Positions 56,451-64,000 of a DNA stretch of 64,000 bases are shown here, piece after piece. The stretch is from Shigella phage ESh22, in the sequence record ON528732; one strand, 5' to 3'. Every line of letters starts with the position of its first letter. The first letter of the stretch is position 1. A model generated the notes under the pieces. It was not told where the DNA came from. It did no database searches and saw only the letters and a program-made list of their open reading frames with translations. The position numbers and the translations under genes were made by a program.

Positions 56451-57788
56451 TTATTTGATAAGAGATTTCAAAGCATTCTGGAGAGCCAGTTTGCGTTGGT
56501 CGGTGTTTGCATCAGCATTTGGAGCTTCTTGTTCTTCTTCCAAATCTGCTTCACCGTTATTGCCAATTTCTTCCATTGCTGTAGAATGTTCCAGAACAGC
56601 ACCAGCAGTTTCTTTCAGCTTAGTGATTTCTGAGTCCTTCTCAGACATTGCAGAAGCATGGGACGCGATAGTTTCATTAAGTTTCTGGTTAGCACCTTCC
56701 ATAGCATTCATAAACAGAACACTCAGAGGGTTGTCAAGACCAGCACCTAAAATAGCTGTTGCAGCTTCTTTTGCATCAAACCCAAAAGCTTCAGCAGAAG
56801 CAGAAATCTTGCCAGTTAAATCTGACAGAGTAGCTTCCTGTTCTTTAGCTTTCATTTGAGCAACCTGAAGACGCAAAGCTTCTAGTTCTTGCTTTTCTTG
56901 TTCAGTCATTTCTTCACCTGAATTGTCAACGTTTAAACTTACAGGAGCCTCTTCAGAACCTTGTAAGTAATTTAAGAAATCATCTTGAGACATGATTGAA
57001 TTGATTAAACCAAGTTCAAGAGCTTCCTGAGCAGAATAAACATTCGCCTCAGTATTCTTTACAGCTTCTTCAGAGAGATTACGAGATTCAGCTACAAAAC
57101 CTGTAAAGGTTGAATAGGTGTCATTAATTCTCTTTTGAAGTCTTTCTTTGCTTTCTTCTGAAAGTGCTTGGAAGGGAGAACCCATACCTTTAAACTCACC
57201 AGCTTTAATAACGTTAATTGTAACGCCATTTTTTTCAAAAGCCTTTGTTAATTCTTGGTGAACCATAATTACACCGATTGAACCAACGTCTGCGTCTGGT
57301 GATGAAATAATTTCTTCGGCAGAAGATGCAAGAGCATATGCAGCGGAACAAGCGAACTCATCTACATAAGCGATAATTTTCTTTTGGCCTCTTGAAGCCA
57401 TGATGTGACGTGCCAACTCAAAGCAACCTGACGCTTCACCACCACCTGAGTCAACATGCAGTACGATAGTCTTAATAGATTCATCTGCTAAAGCTTCGTC
57501 GAAGCCTCTGCGTAAACCTTCATAAGAACTCAGACCACCAGTACACATAGCATCCATAAATGTCATACGATGTGTTAGGCCACCCATAATAGGGATAATA
57601 GCAATATCGTCTTTAACTTTTAAAAGACTTCTTGCTTCACCTTTAGGTTTGTCGAAGTTTACTGCTGCTTGTACTTCACCTAGCAAGCGGTTATTTACAT
57701 AAGTCGCTGCTGAGTGAGCTAATGATTCAGTGGCTAGTAAAGGTTGGTTGAATAATCTATCAGCAAGTCTGAAGATATTCGAACTCAT
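56451..57788 (-). CDS. prohead protease (S49/ClpP-like) fused to a scaffold-like coiled-coil C-terminal region
   Basis: 445 aa; 'IVLHVDSGGGEASGCFELARHI' and 'DEFACSAAYALA' resemble the S49 family core; C-terminal half Glu/Ala/Lys-rich coiled coil. Confidence 0.7.
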   Translation of the reverse strand: MSSNIFRLADRLFNQPLLATESLAHSAATYVNNRLLGEVQAAVNFDKPKGEARSLLKVKDDIAIIPIMGGLTHRMTFMDAMCTGGLSSYEGLRRGFDEALADESIKTIVLHVDSGGGEASGCFELARHIMASRGQKKIIAYVDEFACSAAYALASSAEEIISSPDADVGSIGVIMVHQELTKAFEKNGVTINVIKAGEFKGMGSPFQALSEESKERLQKRINDTYSTFTGFVAESRNLSEEAVKNTEANVYSAQEALELGLINSIMSQDDFLNYLQGSEEAPVSLNVDNSGEEMTEQEKQELEALRLQVAQMKAKEQEATLSDLTGKISASAEAFGFDAKEAATAILGAGLDNPLSVLFMNAMEGANQKLNETIASHASAMSEKDSEITKLKETAGAVLEHSTAMEEIGNNGEADLEEEQEAPNADANTDQRKLALQNALKSLIK

Positions 57789-57799
57789 TATTACTCACC

Positions 57800-58132
57800 C
57801 TATTTGTTTAAGTCAACGGACACTGAAGAGATAACATAGATACCTTCTTCAGCAAAGAACTGAGGTTTACTCAAAGCACCTGTTGCCACGCACTTGATAT
57901 TCTCATCCCATAGGCTATAATGTGAAACCGTTGCAGAAGCCGGAACAGTAATGTTTACCGTATCTTCTGAGGCAATTAGACCGTTATCAGGTTCCGAAAA
58001 GAAGATAGCCACTGGCTGAGTAACCTTATTTGCTGTAGGGTCTGCCGTTGGGTCTACATTGTGTAATACAATAGTCGTCGGGGTTAGTGTGGCTAGGATT
58101 TTATTCTTACCATCAATAGTTAATGTTCCCAT
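57800..58132 (-). CDS. hypothetical head protein (110 aa)
   Basis: ORF track; between portal and protease. Confidence 0.45.
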   Translation of the reverse strand: MGTLTIDGKNKILATLTPTTIVLHNVDPTADPTANKVTQPVAIFFSEPDNGLIASEDTVNITVPASATVSHYSLWDENIKCVATGALSKPQFFAEEGIYVISSVSVDLNK

Positions 58133-58632
58133 TAATTAAACCTTACTTTTTGTTTAAGGACTGTTGAATGGTTACCAGATTCATCCACCACATTTACAAT
58201 CATATCATAAACTTTACCTTTGACAAGTACTTTGTAATCATTTTGTGAAAAAATGTATTCAAGTCTGTTAGTAGACTTGTTTACTGTCATTGGAGATTGA
58301 AATGCTGTATCAATGGTAATGAAAGCAGCTTCAACACTATTAACGTTAACACGTTTATTCTCACAGTTATATAACTTTACACCCAAAAGGCATGAACTGT
58401 CAAATGGAATTTTAACAATTTCGCTACAATTGTTTGAAATAAACGGATTTCCGTTCATTGGAGCATCAAGTAACCTGCAAATAGTGAAAACGTCAGAGGT
58501 TCCACCACCACTAATATACCCTGATAGGCTGACTCTTGAGCCAGCCTCTATAGTTAAATCATCAGTGATAATTAAGACACCTCTATAGGAATGCACTCTA
58601 GTAGCATTTGAAATAGAGATAACTTCTGCCAT
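58132..58632 (-). CDS. hypothetical head protein (166 aa)
   Basis: ORF track; directly downstream of portal. Confidence 0.45.
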   Translation of the reverse strand: MAEVISISNATRVHSYRGVLIITDDLTIEAGSRVSLSGYISGGGTSDVFTICRLLDAPMNGNPFISNNCSEIVKIPFDSSCLLGVKLYNCENKRVNVNSVEAAFITIDTAFQSPMTVNKSTNRLEYIFSQNDYKVLVKGKVYDMIVNVVDESGNHSTVLKQKVRFN

Positions 58633-60098
58633 TATTTGTTTGCCTTGTTAGCTGTACTTGGGTCTTTTGCTGAAGGAGTCTTAGCAGTTCCATCTCCAGC
58701 AGTCTTATAACCATCTCCAGAACGACTTTGAGTGTTAGGAGATAATTCTTCAGATACAGGTTTAGATGAATCAGCAGGTGGTAAACCAATATGTTCTCTT
58801 AACTTATCAGACAATGGCTTATCAACTTCCATAGCCCCAACTGCAACGGTCTTCTGAATATAAGCACCAATAGCTTCTAGGTCTGGAGTTTCAATATCAT
58901 CATAAACAATCTCAACGTGTTCTTCGTCATCCCACATATTCAGAGCGTAAGTCTGTGCTACTAGGTCACGGTTAATAACGTTCTTGATTTGCTTCAGAAG
59001 AATATCTACAGACATTGCTAACAAGCTTGTCTTAGAGTCTGCCAAAGAGAATGAACCATATTTTGATTGCCCCATAGCAAGAACATCTGACATAAAGGCC
59101 ATCATAATCTGCTTAGAATATCTGTCAATGATTGAACCTGTATCATAAGCCTTAGCACCCTGTCTAGAAACTAATGAGAACTCAAAGATATCTTCTTTAG
59201 TTTCTGGGTCGATAAATCTAGGCCAGATAATACCTGCTCTATCATTTGCAATTAAATCATTCACGATATCTTTGCAATACTTCACGAAAGCTTTCTTTTC
59301 AGGTTCTGCATTCTCATCCAGATAATCTGGTGGAAGACCAATCTTAGGCATACCCACTAAGTCTCTTGATACACCAACTGCTTCATACTCTTCAATCTGA
59401 ACCTTATATTTCCAAGGTACATAAGCATTAAGGAGTGGTGAACGTCCCTCTGGGTTTCCATATTCATCATCGTACTTGAATAGCAAGAATTTACTTCTAG
59501 GGAGTTTTCTTGTCAATGGTTGTTCTGCAAGATTAATTGCACCAGTAATATAAGAGACATTTCTCAGGTTCTGTCTAACTCCAGTAACTTTTCTGTAGTC
59601 AGCATCAAAATACCACTTATCCAGTGTTGACTGATTTCTGATTGGTAACTTAGCCCAACCAATTAAACCATCATTGTACTTGGAAGGATATTTACCTTTC
59701 TTACCTTGACGTTTCTTATAAACCTTTTCATTTACGCAGAAGCCATAAGTACAGAATGACATAACAGAGTTAATAAAGTCAGCCCAATCATGCTCCATGT
59801 CATTCATTAATGAGTTGAAGAACTCTGCTCTTTCAATTAGCTTCGCATCTTTCTCTTTACCCTTCGGTGGTACGAATCTCCAGTTAACCTTTCTGACAAA
59901 CATTTTAATAATGTTCACAGATGCAGCTACTGCTGGGTCTCGCATCATAAGTTGGAAAGTCTTAATACTTTCTGGGAATCTTAAAGCCTGTCTAGGTTCT
60001 TCATAGATTCTTCCTGAACGAACTTTAAGGCCAAGACTCCCAACCTCACCCATTCTGAATGGAGGAAGGCTTTCTTGTGTTTCTGTGATATCTGCCAT
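58632..60098 (-). CDS. portal protein
   Basis: 488 aa, immediately downstream of the terminase large subunit; size typical of portals. Confidence 0.6.
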   Translation of the reverse strand: MADITETQESLPPFRMGEVGSLGLKVRSGRIYEEPRQALRFPESIKTFQLMMRDPAVAASVNIIKMFVRKVNWRFVPPKGKEKDAKLIERAEFFNSLMNDMEHDWADFINSVMSFCTYGFCVNEKVYKKRQGKKGKYPSKYNDGLIGWAKLPIRNQSTLDKWYFDADYRKVTGVRQNLRNVSYITGAINLAEQPLTRKLPRSKFLLFKYDDEYGNPEGRSPLLNAYVPWKYKVQIEEYEAVGVSRDLVGMPKIGLPPDYLDENAEPEKKAFVKYCKDIVNDLIANDRAGIIWPRFIDPETKEDIFEFSLVSRQGAKAYDTGSIIDRYSKQIMMAFMSDVLAMGQSKYGSFSLADSKTSLLAMSVDILLKQIKNVINRDLVAQTYALNMWDDEEHVEIVYDDIETPDLEAIGAYIQKTVAVGAMEVDKPLSDKLREHIGLPPADSSKPVSEELSPNTQSRSGDGYKTAGDGTAKTPSAKDPSTANKANK

Positions 60099-60110
60099 TC
60101 TTTCTACCTA

Positions 60111-61712
60111 TTAGAATCTCAGCCCTTCGTATGGATTACTTCTTACAATATCTGTATGAGTACCCATTGAAGGTGGCTTGAATAGTTTAACTTCATTAAG
60201 ACTGTTGAAAGCATCACTGGTAGCGTCCACTTGGTCATCCTTAGTACGACCATCACCACAAAAACCTTCTAGTTCTTGGAAATAAGCTTCATTCCAAGAG
60301 CCTCTAACAATTTTAACAAGACCAGCTTCTGAAGCAGCAGAGAAACCCGCAAAACGGGTAACTTTATCTTTATTGGTAGGTTTAGCTCTTGCTCTATAGC
60401 CTTTCTCAGCAAGTTTTCTAATAAGAGATGTTGCGTAGGATTTACCAGCAGCGCCTGGGTCTTGTGGGATAAAAATACCAGTACGTTTACCATCACCTTC
60501 AGCAGTCATATTAATTTGTGTTTCAACTCCAGAAGGTCTATCTCTAAATCTTACTACGTTAATTACATAATAGCAACCATCTTTTTTAGATTTACCCATT
60601 TTCACACCTGCTGTCCAGTCAGGATTAGGGTTAACTTCTGAGGGTAATGTTGCTGCTAAGTCCCAAGCACGAACATCAAATACGTCTGCTGGAACACTAT
60701 CAACAATCTCACACCATTGTCTTTGCCAATAGTTTGAACCTTCTGCACGAGCTTTCCAGTTACCAAAACGAAGACGAGCAACGTTAACTGGTGTGTTGTT
60801 TTCCAATTTACCACGATACTTAGGTTCTAAGAAATCAAGAATTGGGTTGTCATCAATCGTACCAGAAATAAAGGTATATGTTTGAGGAATCTCTAGAGGG
60901 AACATTTCAAGAATCTTATTCTTGTCCCAATCAGAAACCATTACACCATCACTCATAACATACCAACGAATCCTGCCGCATTTAGCTGGGTCTGGATAAC
61001 CTTCTTCATCTAGGAAAGGTTCTACCCAATCATAAATAAAGTGGTCTCTGTCGGGGTTCATTGAGATTTTCATATATGAGTCACCTTCAGCGCCAGAACG
61101 TAAACGTGTCTGAAGATATGAAATCTGTGAAGCCGAGAAGTGTGTACCTTCATCGAAGTAAATAGCTGAGTATTCGATACCTTGGTGACCTTCTGAGTGT
61201 TTTTCAAGTTCCAAATAAGTAAACTTAATAGTCGCCCCTGAAGGGAACGTAATAGTCATTTTCTGTTCGTGTGGGATTCCACCAAACTTACCAAATAGCT
61301 TTTTAGCTGCTGGCCATAAACCACCTTGTAACTGTGTAGTATTTCGACGGAAATATACAGCGTTATAGTTAGGGTCATCAATGAATCTCAAAGAGTCCAT
61401 TAAAAGGGCAGCAGTCTTACCAGCACCAGCAGCACCACCATATAACACCAAGTCAGCATTGGTATTCAAGAATACCTCTTGAGAGCCAGGCTGTGGAGCT
61501 ACATAGTTCTTGTCAGTCATCAATTTAAAGATGAGTCTTACTTGGTCTGGGGTATATCTTAATAAAGTCAGAATTTGAGTTGGAAGGAATTTAGAGGGGT
61601 CTTTACCAAAGGATTTGATAATATCTTTTACTTCTTCAGAAAGCCCCAACTCACCTGCTAGGACTTTCCTTACATCTTCCACTCGCTTCTGCTTAATAAC
61701 ATTTAAGTCCAT
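60111..61712 (-). CDS. terminase large subunit
   Basis: ORF 60111..61727 trimmed to the ATG at 61712 (MDLNVIK) with GAGGTG RBS; Walker A 'LYGGAAGAGKTAAL'; C-terminal nuclease-like acidic residues. Confidence 0.8.
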   Translation of the reverse strand: MDLNVIKQKRVEDVRKVLAGELGLSEEVKDIIKSFGKDPSKFLPTQILTLLRYTPDQVRLIFKLMTDKNYVAPQPGSQEVFLNTNADLVLYGGAAGAGKTAALLMDSLRFIDDPNYNAVYFRRNTTQLQGGLWPAAKKLFGKFGGIPHEQKMTITFPSGATIKFTYLELEKHSEGHQGIEYSAIYFDEGTHFSASQISYLQTRLRSGAEGDSYMKISMNPDRDHFIYDWVEPFLDEEGYPDPAKCGRIRWYVMSDGVMVSDWDKNKILEMFPLEIPQTYTFISGTIDDNPILDFLEPKYRGKLENNTPVNVARLRFGNWKARAEGSNYWQRQWCEIVDSVPADVFDVRAWDLAATLPSEVNPNPDWTAGVKMGKSKKDGCYYVINVVRFRDRPSGVETQINMTAEGDGKRTGIFIPQDPGAAGKSYATSLIRKLAEKGYRARAKPTNKDKVTRFAGFSAASEAGLVKIVRGSWNEAYFQELEGFCGDGRTKDDQVDATSDAFNSLNEVKLFKPPSMGTHTDIVRSNPYEGLRF

Positions 61713-61733
61713 TAAGCACCTCTGCAAATAGAA

Positions 61734-61940
61734 TTATTCAGAAACTTCTTCAGATTCCTGTTTAGGTTCTACACCAAACTTTTCATCTACTAAATTAAGA
61801 AGTTTATCCATCGTTGCTTCTTGTGGGTTAATACCAGTTGCAACAATTAAACGTTCAGCCACAGCCATTACAGTTGCTTGAAGCATTTGAGCCTGTTTCT
61901 GAGTTTCATATAGTTCTTTGTAAACATTAGTCTCGTTCAT
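61734..61940 (-). CDS. small protein upstream of terminase (68 aa); possible small terminase-associated protein
   Basis: ORF track; first gene after the terminator that closes the tRNA cluster. Confidence 0.4.
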   Translation of the reverse strand: MNETNVYKELYETQKQAQMLQATVMAVAERLIVATGINPQEATMDKLLNLVDEKFGVEPKQESEEVSE

Positions 61941-61978
61941 TGTATTTCTCCAAAATTAAAGTTATAGTGATTCTCCTG

Positions 61979-62003
61979 AAAAAAGACGGTGCAGAGACCG
62001 TCA
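61979..62003 (-). terminator. intrinsic terminator (GACGGU-CUCUGC-ACCGUC + U6) between the tRNA cluster and the terminase operon
   Basis: Hairpin + UUUUUU on minus strand, downstream of tRNA-Cys. Confidence 0.55.
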
Positions 62004-62160
62004 AGGAGAAACCACAATGTATGCCAGAGACATACTGTATAGGTCTTCCCATAAAGTATAACTCTACAAAAAAGCCCTGTCTAAAAATACTCTCCGGTAG
62101 CGAAAGGGAGAATACTCATAGCAGGGCATATAATAACTTTGAGAGAGATATTATTTAAAT

Positions 62161-62237
62161 TGGAGTATCGGAAGGGACTTGAACCCTTATATACCTGTTT
62201 TGCAGACAGGCGCATAATCCATTTCTGCCACCGACAC
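62161..62237 (-). tRNA. tRNA-Cys (anticodon GCA)
   Basis: Hand-folded cloverleaf: acceptor GUGUCGG/CCGAUAC, anticodon stem CCUGU/ACAGG with loop CUGCAAA, T-arm AAGGG-UUCAAGU-CCCUU, encoded CCA. Confidence 0.75.
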
Positions 62238-62244
62238 ATTAATT

Positions 62245-62337
62245 TGGAGGAAGATACCAGACTTGAACTGGTACGCCGATTTCTCGGTTACTGGCAGTTT
62301 AGCAAACTGCTCCCTTACCTTTTAGGGTTAATCTTCC
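62245..62337 (-). tRNA. tRNA-Ser (anticodon GCU), type II with long variable arm
   Basis: 93 nt; acceptor GGAAGAU/AUCUUCC perfect 7 bp, anticodon loop UUGCUAA, variable-arm hairpin CCGA-GAAA-UCGG, T-arm ACCAG-UUCAAGU-CUGGU, encoded CCA. Confidence 0.75.
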
Positions 62338-62340
62338 AAA

Positions 62341-63066
62341 TTATTTGTTTAGAGCATCTTTCATCTCTGGAGTTGCGATTGTATCAATCACACCAGTTTT
62401 ACAAGCATCATCAAACCAATCTGGTAAGACATTAGCAAGAAAACCGTTAATATTCGTTTTAAGGTAGTCAGCAATCAGGGCTGCTTCATCTGCAATCATC
62501 TGAGCCACTTCATTAGCGTAGGCAGTAATCTTTGCCATACCCTCATTAATCGCTGTAACAGCTTGTGTAGCGAGTTCAGAGATAGTGTCTAGTCCTTTAT
62601 CAATCGCATCTTGTAAATCGCTTAGAACGCCATTTACAGCGTCTATGGATGTATTAATCAAATCCATAGCTTTGTTACCGTACTCTGTAGCAACTCCCAT
62701 GATTCCACTAAACGGTGTACAACCGACTTGTTCACCTGCTGCTCCCATAACGTTAGAGTAACCTTTAGCTACTTGCATACGTTGTGAAAACTCATCTACA
62801 GACTTCTGTCCATAGTCAGTTAAAGTAGTTGTCGTTGAAGTGGTGCTACCAAGGCTTGTTGTAAAGCTGCTTAGTAAGGCAGTTGTCAAGCCAGCAGCAA
62901 TAAGAATTTGCTGGGTAGCTGGGTCTGATACAGAACCAATAGAAGTTACTAATGACTGAGAAGCAGCAACTGTACCACCAAGAACTGCTGCACCAGTAAT
63001 AAGAGGGTTAGAGAACCCGTTACCGGATTTAAGGAGACTGAAAATCTCTTTACCTTGTCCTGTCAT
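62341..63066 (-). CDS. hypothetical Ser/Thr/Ala-rich protein (242 aa) embedded in the tRNA cluster
   Basis: ORF 62341..63138 trimmed to the ATG at 63066 (MTGQGKEIF) because the upstream part overlaps a tRNA-like gene; stop lies 3 nt from tRNA-Ser. Confidence 0.5.
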   Translation of the reverse strand: MTGQGKEIFSLLKSGNGFSNPLITGAAVLGGTVAASQSLVTSIGSVSDPATQQILIAAGLTTALLSSFTTSLGSTTSTTTTLTDYGQKSVDEFSQRMQVAKGYSNVMGAAGEQVGCTPFSGIMGVATEYGNKAMDLINTSIDAVNGVLSDLQDAIDKGLDTISELATQAVTAINEGMAKITAYANEVAQMIADEAALIADYLKTNINGFLANVLPDWFDDACKTGVIDTIATPEMKDALNK

Positions 63067-63091
63067 CTCTTTCATTATGCACCTATAAAAT

Positions 63092-63167
63092 TGGTAGCCC
63101 ATCGGGATTTGAACCCTGTTCTCATGTTTTTCAGACACGCGCTTTAACCATATAAGCTAATTGAGCT
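63092..63167 (-). tRNA. aberrant tRNA-like gene (anticodon-loop candidate CUGAAAA, GAA/Phe-like); possible pseudo-tRNA
   Basis: Clear T-arm/3' end (GGG-UUCAAAU-CCC ... CCA) and anticodon hairpin CGUGU-CUGAAAA-ACAUG, but no hand-fold gives consistent acceptor and D-arm pairing (5' half and 3' half imply different acceptor stems); 5' boundary uncertain. Confidence 0.35.
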
Positions 63168-63174
63168 GTTGAAT

Positions 63175-63251
63175 TGGGGTGACCTACGGGAATCGAACCC
63201 GTATAGACCATGTTCACAGCATGGGTCATTATCCATTTATGATAAGGCCAC
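63175..63251 (-). tRNA. tRNA-His (anticodon GUG)
   Basis: Acceptor GUGGCCU/AGGUCAC, D-stem UCAU/AUGA, anticodon stem CCAUG/CAUGG with loop CUGUGAA, T-arm ACGGG-UUCGAUU-CCCGU, encoded CCA; no encoded G-1. Confidence 0.75.
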
Positions 63252-63282
63252 ATTTAAGGACTCTCGTAAGAACCCTTAGAAG

Positions 63283-63358
63283 TGGCAGCAGCGTAAGGAT
63301 TTGAACCTTAATCGTTCAGCTTCAGAGGCTGGAGCATTGCCAGTTATGCTACACTGCT
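63283..63358 (-). tRNA. tRNA-Gln (anticodon CUG), isotype by anticodon only
   Basis: 76 nt; acceptor AGCAGUG/CGCUGCU, D-stem GCAU/AUGC, anticodon loop CUCUGAA, T-arm UAAGG-UUCAAAU-CCUUA, discriminator G, CCA. Confidence 0.6.
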
Positions 63359-63364
63359 AATATT

Positions 63365-63443
63365 TGGTACTCCATATCGGATTCGAACCGATACATAACA
63401 CAGATTTTAAGTCTGGCCTCTCTGCCAATTGGAGTAATGGAGT
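63365..63443 (-). tRNA. tRNA with anticodon UAA (Leu-like) but short variable region; atypical, isotype uncertain
   Basis: 79 nt; acceptor ACUCCAU/AUGGAGU perfect 7 bp, T-arm AUCGG-UUCGAAU-CCGAU, anticodon loop CUUAAAA; 7-nt variable region instead of the long arm expected for Leu. Confidence 0.5.
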
Positions 63444-63445
63444 AT

Positions 63446-63521
63446 TGGCGGGGGATGTTGGAATTGAACCAACTTCTTCGATTTCAAAGACCGAGGTTTT
63501 AACCTTGTAAACTAATCCCCT
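63446..63521 (-). tRNA. tRNA-Gln (anticodon UUG)
   Basis: 76 nt; acceptor AGGGGAU/AUCCCCC with G73 discriminator (as recalled for E. coli tRNA-Gln), D-stem GUUU/AAAC, anticodon loop CUUUGAA, T-arm GUUGG-UUCAAUU-CCAAC, CCA. Confidence 0.7.
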
Positions 63522-63747
63522 AACGAACTCTTGTCAGGACATATGCGTTATTACACGTATCCTGATTTTCTGGTAATAGCGTTTCAAATATGATTTGATT
63601 AAATTCAATTCCTGCAAAACCATGAACAACCTTCATAGCTGCTATTGGGTCACATTTCCAACCTACAAGAATGAAGTCAGTGTCCCCAACTTGTGTTGTT
63701 TCAATCTTGTCAGCATCTTTATGCTTTTCAATAATGAGTTTACGCAT
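63520..63747 (-). CDS. hypothetical protein (75 aa) between tRNA genes
   Basis: ORF track; GAAGG RBS upstream of the ATG at 63747; stop abuts the 5' end of tRNA-Gln(UUG). Confidence 0.45.
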   Translation of the reverse strand: MRKLIIEKHKDADKIETTQVGDTDFILVGWKCDPIAAMKVVHGFAGIEFNQIIFETLLPENQDTCNNAYVLTRVR

Positions 63748-63766
63748 ATAATTACCTTCTAGTAAT

Positions 63767-63843
63767 TGGTGCAGAATAAGGGATTCGAACCCCTAACAAA
63801 CAACTTCGTAGGCTGCTGCTCTATCCGTTTGAACTAATTCTGC
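63767..63843 (-). tRNA. tRNA-Arg (anticodon ACG)
   Basis: Acceptor GCAGAAU/AUUCUGC perfect 7 bp, D-stem GUUC/GAGC, anticodon loop CUACGAA, T-arm AGGGG-UUCGAAU-CCCUU, CCA. Confidence 0.75.
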
Positions 63844-64000
63844 AATATTATTTCGAGATTCCTGTCTAGCTTTCTTCTTATCTCTTCTGAGAAAGCGTCT
63901 ACGATGGTCTGTACGCCACTTGTAGTAATCTTCTTCACCATCGTGAGAAGCACAGCAACCACAACTTGCAATTTCAACTTTACCATGTCTACCATAAGGC
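63834..64000 (-). CDS. partial ORF at window end (3' portion only; frame ambiguous)
   Basis: Two minus-strand frames are stop-free over 63844-64000; one encodes a Cys/His-containing segment (GRHGKVEIASCGCCASHDG...), both terminate only inside the tRNA-Arg gene; start lies beyond the window. Confidence 0.2.
   Translation of the reverse strand, partial: LMVDMVKLKLQVVVAVLLTMVKKITTSGVQTIVDAFSEEIRRKLDRNLEIILQN

Noticed and set aside
62139-62435. Plus-strand ORF 62139..62435 (98 aa) and 61940..62158
   Set aside because: They span the tRNA-Cys and tRNA-Ser genes on the opposite strand and the structured intergenic region; interpreted as spurious.

Overview
The window reads as one contiguous stretch of a large virulent tailed dsDNA phage genome (myovirus-type, AT-rich); there is no sign of bacterial chromosome, CRISPR array or integration machinery. 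Almost everything is on the minus strand: a lysis cassette (overlapped spanin pair, signal-peptide lytic transglycosylase), rIIB/rIIA, a NAMPT-like + PRPP-synthetase-like pair, a nucleotide-metabolism block (nrdG, nrdD, glutaredoxin, nrdB, nrdA), two free-standing homing endonucleases (GIY-YIG-like, HNH-AP2), a T7-like replication set (FEN exonuclease, SSB-like protein, primase-helicase, dNMP-kinase-like protein), then a full late module from terminase and portal through capsid, sheath, tube, tape measure and baseplate to two His-rich tail fibres, followed by a tRNA cluster of seven tRNAs plus one aberrant tRNA-like gene. A plus-strand island (28950-38132) carries a family A DNA polymerase, an ATP-dependent DNA ligase, about a dozen small unknown genes, dihydrofolate reductase and thymidylate synthase. 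The gene content resembles Felix O1-like phages, but that is a hypothesis from memory, not a search result. The most interesting candidate is the NAMPT-like/Prs-like pair (7201-9957), which fits a phage NAD+ reconstitution counter-defence module better than classical salvage because no NMN adenylyltransferase is seen. Other notable signals are a -1 frameshift site joining the two tail-chaperone ORFs, two families of recurring hairpins, HxH-repeat tail-fibre tips, and irregular tRNAs. All calls rest on ORF structure, motifs read by eye and gene order; no database search or RNA-folding program was run.
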